A stretch of 63,323 bases of DNA, the filler included, from Octopus bimaculoides (Eukaryota), in assembly GCF_001194135.2 (NCBI RefSeq). It is 8 parts of 8 records of this genome, joined end to end, with 100 filler letters (N's around TTAATTAATTAA, not from the genome) between each part and the next. Parts side by side here need not be neighbours in the genome. Positions count along the whole stretch, not along the records: positions 47,352 to 60,563 come from NC_068987.1; positions 60,664 to 63,323 come from NC_068982.1; 6 more parts are not named here. One strand, 5' to 3'. The notes under the pieces were generated by a model that was not told the DNA's origin, searched no databases, and was given only the letters and a program-made list of their open reading frames with translations. Position 1 is the stretch's first letter. Each line of letters starts with the position of its first letter. This document shows, one piece after another, positions 51,609 to 63,151 of this stretch. Both the position numbers and the translations under genes were made by a program.

Positions 51609-52509
51609 CTCGAAAGTGTCATTCTAATGTTTTATTTCCTTCAACATCAACAAAAACAAACATTGTACATGCTAAACAAATACCGCAAAAAACTTTCTTA
51701 AAGATCAAAAATAACAACTGAAACACTCACAGAGGCTAAGTATCACCACATCAAGGATCTTTCCAACCAAATGTACTTCACGTCTTTCTTTAGAAACCAG
51801 AAAAATATGTCAGGCGCTTGCAACTAGTTTTCCAACTACAGCATGTGAAATTATGTGCTGTCCCAGAGATTGAATACAATTATATAAGTCGTGGACTGGC
51901 TAGTGACATGTCTTCAAACATGGCGGATACGTGATGTTGACAAATAAAAAAAAAATGGCGAATCAACCGGCGTACATCACTCCCTAATAGGATTGAAACT
52001 GTATTACCTCGCCTGTCCAAAACATTGAAATGTTTTAACACTCGGTGCGTTGGGAGTGTTTATACTTCCCACGTTATGGCAGCCACGGGAAAGTACACCA
52101 TGCATACACATATACAGTAAGTACCGGTGGTTAATAATATTTATTATAATAGAGGTGCTTTTATTTCATAAGTACACACACACACACACACACACANNNN
52201 NNNNNNNNNNNNNNNNNNNNNNNNNNNNNNNNNNNNNNNNNNNNNNNNNNNNNNNNNNNNNNNNNNNNNNNNNNNNNNNNNNNNNNNNNNNNNNNNNNNN
52301 NNNNNNNNNNNNNNNNNNNNNNNNNNNNNNNNNNNNNNNNNNNNNNNNNNNNNNNNNNNNNNNNNTTTCACGTTGCTCTAGTTCACTCAGCTCGCAAAAA
52401 TGAGTAACGTTGTGATGGACAGGCCTGGAGCCCGTCCAGCTGTGGAACACATACGCCATTGAAATCGGGAAACTAGGCACATGATCCTGGTTAAGCTTTG
52501 AAAGGGCGC

Positions 52510-52552
<43 letters not shown>

Positions 52553-52845
52553 GCATCTATGTGATAACGTCTCTCTTAAACTTACTGTGCTACAAACGAT
52601 ATGTATTTCAACAACGACCGGCAAGGATTGTAGATAAATTTCAAATTTTCGAGCTCCGTCCGATACCTTTTGTGCACAGTAGGTGAATAAGTGGTGTTAT
52701 CTCAGATCTAATACGGCAGCAACTTACGTATCAACGATGTATACACATTATGTGTGATACATAGATGCCTATTTCAATTCAACAGTCCTTATAAAGCGTA
52801 TATTGAATGTGCATATATATATATATATACTCTTTACACTTTTGC

Positions 52846-53101
52846 TCTTTTACTTGTTTCAGTCATTTGAATGCGGCCATGCTGGAGCACCGCCTTTAGT
52901 CGAGCAAATCGACTCCAGGACTCATTCTTTGGAAGCCTAGTACTTATTCTATCGGTCTCTTTTGCCGAACCGCTGAGTTACAGGGACGTAAACACACATA
53001 CACTTGTATATATACATATATACGACGGGCTTCTTTCAGTTTCCGTCTACGAAATCCACTCACAAGGCTTTGGTCTGCCCGAGGCTATAGTCGAAGACAC
53101 T
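52846..53101 (-). mobile_element. Family C SINE, young-looking, cut by a gap
   Basis: Close match to the 32190 and 62245 copies. Confidence 0.9.
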
Positions 53102-56100
53102 TNNNNNNNNNNNNNNNNNNNNNNNNNNNNNNNNNNNNNNNNNNNNNNNNNNNNNNNNNNNNNNNNNNNNNNNNNNNNNNNNNNNNNNNNNNNNNNNNNN
53201 NNNNNNNNNNNNNNNNNNNNNNNNNNNNNNNNNNNNNNNNNNNNNNNNNNNNNNNNNNNNNNNNNNNNNNNNNNNNNNNNNNNNNNNNNNNNNNNNNNNN
53301 NNNNNNNNNNNNNNNNNNNNNNNNNNNNNNNNNNNNNNNNNNNNNNNNNNNNNNNNNNNNNNNNNNNNNNNNNNNNNNNNNNNNNNNNNNNNNNNNNNNN
53401 NNNNNNNNNNNNNNNNNNNNNNNNNNNNNNNNNNNNNNNNNNNNNNNNNNNNNNNNNNNNNNNNNNNNNNNNNNNNNNNNNNNNNNNNNNNNNNNNNNNN
53501 NNNNNNNNNNNNNNNNNNNNNNNNNNNNNNNNNNNNNNNNNNNNNNNNNNNNNNNNNNNNNNNNNNNNNNNNNNNNNNNNNNNNNNNNNNNNNNNNNNNN
53601 NNNNNNNNNNNNNNNNNNNNNNNNNNNNNNNNNNNNNNNNNNNNNNNNNNNNNNNNNNNNNNNNNNNNNNNNNNNNNNNNNNNNNNNNNNNNNNNNNNNN
53701 NNNNNNNNNNNNNNNNNNNNNNNNNNNNNNNNNNNNNNNNNNNNNNNNNNNNNNNNNNNNNNNNNNNNNNNNNNNNNNNNTATATATATATATATATATA
53801 TAATGTATATATACTTAAGTGTGTGTTCATGTGTACATATGTATGTATGTATATACACAGATACCAACATATATATCATACACCACTAACGATAGAACTA
53901 CGTAATGCAGCAATTTGTAATTTTTGGCGTGCTATGTTCTTGCATTGGTGCTCTGCCAATGGAATCAATATTTACTTGAGAAAACTAAATCTATGCATAT
54001 AACTGCAAGACAAGAATATTTCGAATATACTATTATTTCCATATTAAATATTAGAATAATTATCCGTTTGGTAGTTGTTGATTTATTCTGTTGGGAAAAC
54101 GAACAGTAAAATACCGCTCGAAATTACGTGATTTACATATCGTATTTGGTTATACCAACCTCTTGTGGTCCATCAGTAAGATGGAACACAAGATAGAAGA
54201 CGTCTTCCTCAATTGACGCACGCTTGGCTTTGTGTTCGAGTTCCGTATATTAACAGCGACAAGGTCGGCATATTTATGTGGTATATTGCTCAAGCATCCA
54301 TTACTTTAGATTCCTTTTTGTAGACGTAAAAACTTTACCACAAAAGTGCAATATCTTATATAGCAGAAACAGCTATATACTAATAGAGGAATTTACATAA
54401 ATGCTGCTCTTTTGTCATACACTATCGTGTGTGTGTGTGTGTGTGTGTGGGCGTGTGTGTGTGTGTGTGTGTGCGTGAGTGTGTGTTTGTNNNNNNNNNN
54501 GTGGTTTTCTTTTCTTTTTTTTTTGGGGGGGGGGCAGTCCCTTAGGTGCTAAATACTCATAGAGTTTGTTTTTCTGTGTATAGACCGAAATATCCTATCT
54601 GATATTTTGACTCTCACCATCCATAGGCCGGAACCACAAAGATTACCTATCCCTACCTGGTGCATACCTTTTAAAGTACCTGATTCTCTCTGAATCCTGA
54701 TTTTACTATATATATATATATATATATATATAACTTCAAAGAAAGCGAACCAAAATAAAGAAATTAGAAATGGCAGGAGCGTGTACTTCAACAACACAAA
54801 TAAGTACAATAATATCAAATGCAATGCTGCATAAAGCCTCGATTTATTTAATCCATCGCCGTCTCTAAGGCTTGTATCACCAATGTGAAACATCATCTAT
54901 GCCACCCAATGGCATGTGGTAGCAGCTAAATATGAAAAATAGAAACAACTGCACGAATCAAAAATTCCTCAAAGTTGAGATGTTGTTAAGGAAAAATGCA
55001 GGCCAATTCATGTTTCTGCTTCAAATAGCAGGATCAGCTCCACAGTTATCTCAATTTATCTCTGGTAGCCAAGATACATGAACATATAGTGTCCAGTCAG
55101 CCATGATATTTCTTTCTTGGTATGACTGCCGACTGACAGCACCTCTTACGTCCATCTCCTATCTTCTTGCCTTCAACACCTGTTGTTATATTGTTGATAT
55201 TAGTATTTGTAATTGTGTACCATGTCTCCGTTTTTTACCTTTGTTGCCGTACACATTCGCGAGCTTTCCTGCAAAAAATTATAATAATCTTAGTTTATAT
55301 TTTTTGGTGGGGCAACGAGATCGAAGAGTCTCAAGTGTAACTGTCGAAAACTGTAAGGACATTTGGTAACTTGACAGGAGAAAGCAGGCCACGAATGACT
55401 AGTCTCTTTCTCCTGTCCCTCTAATTATTGTTTTTCCTGCCTGCCTTTGTATCGTCTATCAGTCCGAATGTTTCATTGTCCTCTGTTGCGTTTTTGGTCC
55501 ATTTTTTTACCTTTATAAATATATGTAGTAGCATAAATACACATTTGTGCGCACCTCATACATATATATNNNNNNNNNNNNNNNNNNNNNNNNNNNNNNN
55601 NNNNNNNNNNNNNNNNNNNNNNNNNNNNNNNNNNNNNNNNNNNNNNNNNNNNNNNNNNNNNNNNNNNNNNNNNNNNNNNNNNNNNNNNNNNNNNNNNNNN
55701 NNNNNNNNNNNNNNNNNNNNNNNNNNNNNNNNNNNNNNNNNNNNNNNNNNNNNNNNNNNNNNNNNNNNNNNNNNNNNNNNNNNNNNNNNNNNNNNNNNNN
55801 NNNNNNNNNNNNNNNNNNNNNNNNNNNNNNNNNNNNNNNNNNNNNNNNNNNNNNNNNNNNNNNNNNNNNNNNNNNNNNNNNNNNNNNNNNNNNNNNNNNN
55901 NNNNNNNNNNNNNNNNNNNNNNNNNNNNNNNNNNNNNNNNNNNNNNNNNNNNNNNNNNNNNNNNNNNNNNNNNNNNNNNNNNNNNNNNNNNNNNNNNNNN
56001 NNNNNNNNNNNNNNNNNNNNNNNNNNNNNNNNNNNNNNNNNNNNNNNNNNNNNNNNNNNNNNNNNNNNNNNNNNNNNNNNNNNNNNNNNNNNNNNNNNNN

Positions 56101-56546
56101 NNNNNNNNNNNNNNNNNNNNNNNNNNNNNNNNNNNNNNNNNNNNNNNNNNNNNNNNNNNNNNNNNNNNNNNNNNNNNNNNNNNNNNNNNNNNNNNNNNNN
56201 NNNNNNNNNNNNNNNNNNNNNNNNNNNNNNNNNNNNNNNNNNNNNNNNNNNNNNNNNNNNNNNNNNNNNNNNNNNNNNNNNNNNNNNNNNNNNNNNNNNN
56301 NNNNNNNNNNNNNNNNNNNNNNNNNNNNNNNNNNNNNNNNNNNNNNNNNNNNNNNNNNNNNNNNNNNNNNNNNNNNNNNNNNNNNNNNNCCGCCTCGAAT
56401 CGAAGTCACCCCTATACGATCATGAACAGATCACCCTAACCACTAAGCCACGCACCTTCACACACACATGCACACGCGCACACAAACACACAGACACACA
56501 CACGCACACACACAAACACTCACACACACACACACATACACACACA

Positions 56547-56589
<43 letters not shown>

Positions 56590-56679
56590 GCATATATTGT
56601 TGTTGGCATCCTTTTCTCTCGGGTGACAATGGACTTGCGCATGAATTAATACAGTCTGGTTTTTATATTTCATGACCTC

Positions 56680-56998
56680 TTCAGTTATGCGCAGGCCTGG
56701 GATAGATGTAAGAAAATCCTGGGTAGTCCAATCATCAGGATTTCTCTCTCAACCTTGATGACATAGTGTAGGGCATTATTTTTTGGCACCAGCTTGGTTG
56801 CAGGAGCTGCCGGAAGATTGATAGAACACTAAACCGCCTACGGGTCTCCACTCCCGATTTCTTTGAAAGTTGTCTCCTTTCCGTAACCATGGATAGGGGC
56901 CCATACCGGGTGCTGTCATCCGGAGCCAGCTGAGCCCGGGACACGTGTCAGGCAGGGCCGTCACTCCCTGAAGTAGTGAAGAAATCGCTACCCACAAC
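56680..56998 (-). mobile_element. GC-rich segment resembling an RTE-like LINE 5' UTR
   Basis: Minus GGAGTGGAGACCCGTAGGCGG...CTCCTGCAACCAAGCTGGTGCCAAA recalls RTE-type 5' UTR motifs; no ORF support. Confidence 0.3.
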
Positions 56999-57009
56999 CA
57001 TATATATAT

Positions 57010-57735
57010 ATATATATATAAATATAATTAAGGGATCAGCAAATATTTGCTTCACCATATACCGAAGTTCAGAAATAGCAGCTAAAAAAGATGAGAATCC
57101 CACAGATAGCATCACTTGTAACTCACAAAGGCAAAAACAAGAAGAAAAAAACAATGAAAACTAACCAATTCCGATGTTTAACAGTAAACGCGTTTCTAGA
57201 TCATGATTGATAATAATCAATTTCCTTCATCAGTACTGTATTCCAGTAGTAAATTCGATTATGCCAGCAAACCGTATAAGCATGGACTAGTAACATTCCA
57301 CACCGACACAGGTCTGAAAGCATAACCGAATCCACCTCGGTCAGCCAGTCTAACTGTCCTTCCCTCAAGAAAATTACTATGTGCGCGACAAGTGATATCG
57401 CAGAGAATCTGCGTATACTACCAGGGAGTGAATAATTATTACAAATTAAAAGGGTAAAAGATTATCAATTTTTTTCTTCTTGTTTTTGCCTTTGTGAGTT
57501 ACAAGTGATGCTATCTGTGGGATTCTTAGCTTTTTTAGCTGCTATTTCTGAACTTCGGTATATGGTGAAGCAAATATTTGCTGATCCCTTAATTATATTT
57601 ATAAATATATATCAGCTTTTAAATAAGTTCTCCACCAATAATGGTGCTTTCATACCGATGGGCTTGGTAAAAATTGTTAATTGTTAATTGATTTATTAAT
57701 TAATAAATTGATAATCTTTTACCCTTTTAATTTGT
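57010..57735 (-). mobile_element. PLE-type pLTR remnant with inverted duplications and an HHR
   Basis: About 150-bp inverted repeat 57010-57160/57470-57615; 30-bp perfect inverted repeat 57441-57470/57706-57735; (TA)n at both ends. Confidence 0.7.
57181..57240 (-). ncRNA. Minimal type-I hammerhead ribozyme motif, canonical core
   Basis: acagua CUGAUGA aggaa-auugau-uauu-aucaau-caugaucua GAAAC gc GUU uacugu: 6-bp stem I, palindromic AACGCGUU. Confidence 0.75.
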
Positions 57736-57773
57736 TATATATATATATATATATATAATACTTTCCATATATA

Positions 57774-58121
57774 GTGGAGCCGCAGTGGCCCAGGGATTAG
57801 GGCATGAACTCGGTGTCATTGGATCACGATCTCGATCCCCAGACTGGGCGTTGTCAGTGTTTCTTGAGTGAAAACAATTAGAGCTCCACTAGGTTTTGGA
57901 AGGGAAATTTCTATCACTCTTTCTTCCTGTTTCTGTTGTACATGTATTTCAAAGGACCAGCCTTGTCACACTCTGTGACACACGGTGAATCTTCCCGAGA
58001 ACTGCGTTAAGGGTACACGTGCCTGTAGAGTTCTCAGCCACTTGCACGTTAATTTCACGAGCAGGCTGTTCCGTTGATCGAATTATCTGGAACCCTCGTC
58101 GTTGTAAACGACGAAGTGCCA
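57774..58121 (+). mobile_element. SINE family B, diverged and internally deleted
   Basis: Matches 15025-15381; tail GGAACCCTCGTCGTTGTAAACGACGAAGTGCCA. Confidence 0.85.
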
Positions 58122-58537
58122 CGATATATATATATTCACAATATATATATAATGTGAATATATAGGGATAAATTATTCAGGCGGCTTTTGTAACAGCTCT
58201 CATGTATAATGCAGGTTTTGTCTAACCACATTATGTAATAAGCACCAACGATCGCATAGCATGAGCGATCTCACTCAAATTCAACTGACTCCGGGTTCTC
58301 TTCACTGGATTACGAATTTTATCAGGAGTGTAAATTTCAAACAGTTACGAAGTTTACGGAGATAGGCACACCTTCAGACTTTTCATTTCATTTTACAGTT
58401 GGTCATACTTAGTTGGTTATGACAAACTAATATATATTACTTGGTAAACATTAACAACTGCTATGTATGTGTGTGTGTGTGTATGTATATATCTACATAT
58501 ATACATACATATATATATACATATATACATATATCTA

Positions 58538-58568
<31 letters not shown>

Positions 58569-58577
58569 ATGTATACG

Positions 58578-59286
58578 GTAGTGTTATTACCATTATTTAT
58601 AGTAATAATAATGTGGCTAGCAAGCATGTTCACTCCTTTACAGGCACAATATAAAGTAATTTAAGATTAGATATGGCTTATAATACCACTTGCTAAAATC
58701 AGACCATATGCTCCAAAATCCACCATAAGAATTATGGTAAAGTTACATACGGGCAATGCAATGGACATTTCAAAATAGGCTTAACCTTGCTTTTAATACA
58801 GATAAGTAATACATACTTCAATACAAACTGGTTTTACGCTTTGCATGACAAACATGCTTTGCTATCTTCTACAGTAGCTCGTGTGCGTTCCTAACTTTAA
58901 ACATCCCGCTCTGTTTAAAAGAAACTATCGCAAACAAGGAAATTTAAATAAAGTAGTATTAATACCGTTATTTACAGTAATAATATGGCTAGCAAGTTCT
59001 TCCCTTTGCAGGCACTATATAGGTTTAGTGAATATTTTAGAAGTTGACGTTAAATGCTGTTTTCAACTGAATATCGCAAAGCATGTTTGTCATGCAAAGC
59101 GTGAAATCCATTGGTTTTGAAATATGTATTACTTATCTCTGTATTCCAATCAAGGTTAAGCGTTTGTTTGAAATGTTCATTACAATGCTCGTGTGTATCT
59201 TTATCGTAATTGTATGGTGGTTTTTGAAGCATTGGCTCTGATTTTAGTAAGTAGTATTGTATACGCTACTAAATCTTTAATTACAT

Positions 59287-59290
<4 letters not shown>
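58578..59290. repeat. About 210-bp diverged inverted repeat (58650-58862 / 59076-59290) plus a direct repeat of about 70 bp
   Basis: Arms align by eye; innermost 27 nt perfect. Confidence 0.8.
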
Positions 59291-59324
<34 letters not shown>

Positions 59325-60529
59325 NNNNNNNNNNNNNNNNNNNNNNNNNNNNNNNNNNNNNNNNNNNNNNNNNNNNNNNNNNNNNNNNNNNNNNNNNNNN
59401 NNNNNNNNNNNNNNNNNNNNNNNNNNNNNNNNNNNNNNNNNNNNNNNNNNNNNNNNNNNNNNNNNNNNNNNNNNNNNNNNNNNNNNNNNNNNNNNNNNNN
59501 NNNNNNNNNNNNNNNNNNNNNATATATACACATGTATATAAATTTAAAAGTAATATGTATATTATTTCCGTAATTTGCAATAATGCATTGTATATAGTTC
59601 CCTTTGAATGAAACAATATTTTTTAGTCTGTTCGTGATACAATGACTTTCCTCTTTGCTTTTAAACTTCTAACGCAGCATCATCTGCTTACGGTCAACAT
59701 CTACATCGTTGTTAACTTGCTTGCGTTCCACCATATCTGATATCTTTTTCTATGATATTGCTGTTTTAAAAAGCACTGACATCATGTCTGCAGAGGACTC
59801 AATAACTATATCAACGTCATTATTTTCTTTCTATGAGAATTTTACAGTATTCAAGTAATAGTATTCTAATTGTTGATTAATACGTTGAAATTGTCTACAC
59901 ATTCCGATTTGTTTTCACATTAATTACCTTATAGCGATGGATAGTATACATTATACACCAGAAACGTTTCTCCTCAGTTTTAAAATCCTCTTATAAAAAC
60001 AACATACTAGTGAGGTACTATGGCTGGTTGAAACGATTGTCGTAGTACGCCAAAATATTTGGTATTGATACAATATTAGTGGTCAATATTAATTTGTTTG
60101 TTTTTGTCTTTTAATACGTAGATTATTTAGTAATTTTCTTTTCGAATTATTGTGAATTTCAATGTCAATGATCCTGGATATTATATTACGGTCAAATAGC
60201 ACAGAATTTCCTGAGAAACGCTCACGGAACTATAGTCTGTAGTTCCAAATATCTAAATATTTCTGTGTGAAATATTTATCATACTCACTTAATGGATATA
60301 TGATTCTATGATTGACATCTTTCGATATTAGTGTAGATGGAGTTGTATATGTACATTTGTTGAGAATAATATCATTCTGCTTTTAAAGCCGTCACTTATA
60401 TATTTATTCTGTTATGCAGTTTCCATCTCTTCTTCTCTCTGTTTCTCAACGTATCTTTATCTTTATCACTCTCTGTCTTTCTCTCTCTCCCCCTCTCTCT
60501 CAAAGTATATGTGTGTGCATGCGTGTGTC

Positions 60530-60563
<34 letters not shown>

Positions 60564-60721
60564 NNNNNNNNNNNNNNNNNNNNNNNNNNNNNNNNNNNNN
60601 NNNNNNNTTAATTAATTAANNNNNNNNNNNNNNNNNNNNNNNNNNNNNNNNNNNNNNNNNNNNCAAGTAAAAGATGGAAGATAGACACACACACACACAC
60701 AAGCACACACATACATATATA

Positions 60722-60880
60722 TAGGATGGACTTCTTTCAGTTTCCGTCTACCAATTCCACTCATAATGGCTTTGGTCGGGCCGATGCTATAGTAGAAGAC
60801 TCTTGCTCAAGGTGTCACAAGTGAGACTGAACTCGGAACCATGTAGTTGGCAAGCAAGCTTCATACCACACCTGCGCCTA
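60722..60880 (-). mobile_element. Family C SINE 5' half
   Basis: Head and CORE-like block. Confidence 0.85.
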
Positions 60881-60898
60881 TATATTCATATTTATTTT

Positions 60899-61480
60899 TA
60901 TACGAGGTCTGATCAATAAGTATCCGGACTGCTGCCATAGTAACGAAGCTATAGCACGCAGAGTGAAACCGCTTAGCAAAGATTGACCTTGAACTTTGCT
61001 GTGTATGCGCACTAAGTTTTGACGTTCTGTCTCATTTCTGCTGTTTAAAGCAGTGCTTGGCACGTTCTGGGAAACCTGCAACCAGCAGAACTGGGAAAAA
61101 CATCGCAGATGTGCGTGCAGCTGTGTGGGGAAAATCATCGAATCACTATCCGTAAGTTATGAGAGGACGTGCAGATTAGCTACGGTTCAGTTCAGACCAT
61201 TATCACTGAAGATTTGAGTATGAGACGCGTGTCTGCCAAGTTTGTGCTAAAACTGCTTTCAGCTGACCAAAAAGACATTCGGGTTTCAGTTGCACAAGAT
61301 CTCCTTGATTGCGTCGAGAACGATGAAAACTTTGCGTAGGCCTCTGAGCAGGTGTCACCAAGCTTTTGGTAAAATTTGATGCAGATTCTCTGCTCAACTC
61401 TCTCTGTCATCGTTAATGCGACGATCACACGCTACACACCTTCCTTCCAAGCCTTACTGTAAATAGTAGAGCTCAAAGTT
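60899..61480. mobile_element. Rearranged mariner remnant with internal inversion
   Basis: TIR TACGAGGTCTGATCAATAAGT; plus strand ...IITEDLSMRRVSAKFVLKLL...; minus strand MTERVEQRICIKFYQKLGDTCSEAY. Confidence 0.8.
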
Positions 61481-62128
61481 AATCTTTGGCAAGCGGCTTT
61501 GCCCTGCATCCTTTAGTTTCATTGCTATGGCAACAGTCCAGCTACGTATTGATCAGACCACGTATATTGTTTTGAATCAGAGGTTTTGCAATATTTTGGT
61601 NNNNNNNNNNNNNNNNNNNNNNNNNNNNNNNNNNNNNNNNNNNNNNNNNNNNNNNNNNNNNNNNNNNNNNNNNNNNNNNNNNNNNNNNNNNNNNNNNNNN
61701 NNNNNNNNNNNNNNNNNNNNNNNNNNNNNNNNNNNNNNNNNNNNNNNNNNNNNNNNNNNNNNNNNNNNNNNNNNNNNNNNNNNNNNNNNNNNNNNNNNNN
61801 NNNNNNNNNNNNNNNNNNNNNNNNNNNNNNNNNNNNNNNNNNNNNNNNNNNNNNNNNNNNNNNNNNNNNNNNNNNNNNNNNNNNNNNNNNNNNNNNNNNN
61901 NNNNNNNNNNNNNNNNNNNNNNNNNNNNNNNNNNNNNNNNNNNNNNNNNNNNNNNNNNNNNNNNNNNNNNNNNNNNNNNNNNNNNNNNNNNNNNNNNNNN
62001 NNNNNNNNNNNNNNNNNNNNNNNNNNNNNNNNNNNNNNNNNNNNNNNNNNNNNNNNNNNNNNNNNNNNNNNNNNNNNNNNNNNNNNNNNNNNNNNNNNNN
62101 NNNNNNNNNNNNNNNNNNNNNNNNNNNN

Positions 62129-62160
<32 letters not shown>

Positions 62161-62244
62161 AACTGCTGTACCTTTGTACTGCAGGTGCAATCTGATGTTT
62201 GTGGGTGTATATAAACTTATACAGACATACACACATGTATGTAT

Positions 62245-62398
62245 TGTGTGGTAAGAAGTTTGCTTCCCAACTACATGGTTCCAGGTTCAGTCCCAGAGCA
62301 TCGCAACTTGGGTAAATGTCTTCTACTATAGTCTCGGGCCGACCAAAGCCTTGTGAGTGGATTTGGTAGGTGGAAACTTAAAGAAGCCCGTCGAATGT

Positions 62399-62430
<32 letters not shown>

Positions 62431-62636
62431 TGTTGTGTCTGTGTTTGCCCCCTCCAGCCCCACCGTTTGACAACCGGTGTTGGTGTGTGTTTACGTCTCC
62501 GTAATTTAGCGTATCCGCAAGAATGGGTACCAGGCTTTAAAAAAAATAATTCTGGGGGCGATTTGTTAGACTAAAACCCTACAAAGCGTTGTCTCAACAT
62601 GGTCGCAGTCAAATGACTGAGACAAGTAAAAGATAA
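62245..62636 (+). mobile_element. Family C SINE, full length
   Basis: Matches the 32190 copy. Confidence 0.9.
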
Positions 62637-62914
62637 AAAAATATGCAAGTACAAGTGTGTGTGTGTTTGTGTGTGCGTGCGCGCGTACGCACCTATACGC
62701 TCACCCGTGCAGCACACCCGTATATATAGAGACTATTCGTTAGTACTTTTTGTATACACATTTAGTAAATCGAAGAATTTTTATGAAATCGGGGAGAAAA
62801 TTATAACCTATAAACCTAACAGCAGAAATTTCCGTTACTTATTCAATGGCAATATGTTTTTGGAATTTGTCTTTGGTTTACGTAAGGTTCTCATTAAACA
62901 TTTTCGTTCGTTCA

Positions 62915-63068
62915 TTATTTACGTTATTTACAATTGACGGATATTTGCCCTCATCTTGTTTGTTGTCAACACAACTTTCGGTTGATATACCCTCCAGCCT
63001 TCATCAGGTGTCTTAGGGAAATTTCGAATCTGGGTTGCCATTCCTAAGGTATTTTTTCGATGTTGTTG

Positions 63069-63140
<72 letters not shown>
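62915..63140 (-). mobile_element. Inverted 3' part, (AAT)n plus HHR tail, of the tRNA-headed element
   Basis: Reverse complement matches 63270-63323 apart from a 31-nt block. Confidence 0.8.
62968..63012 (-). ncRNA. Minimal type-I hammerhead ribozyme motif (C15.2 missing in this copy)
   Basis: gacac CUGAUGA a ggcug-gagggua-uau-caacc GAAA GUU guguu. Confidence 0.7.
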
Positions 63141-63141
<1 letters not shown>

Positions 63142-63151
63142 TATGCCTACG

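Noticed and set aside
59955-59985. Minus CUGAGGA immediately followed by GAAAC GUU
   Set aside because: No stem II and no convincing stem I; likely chance or too decayed to call.
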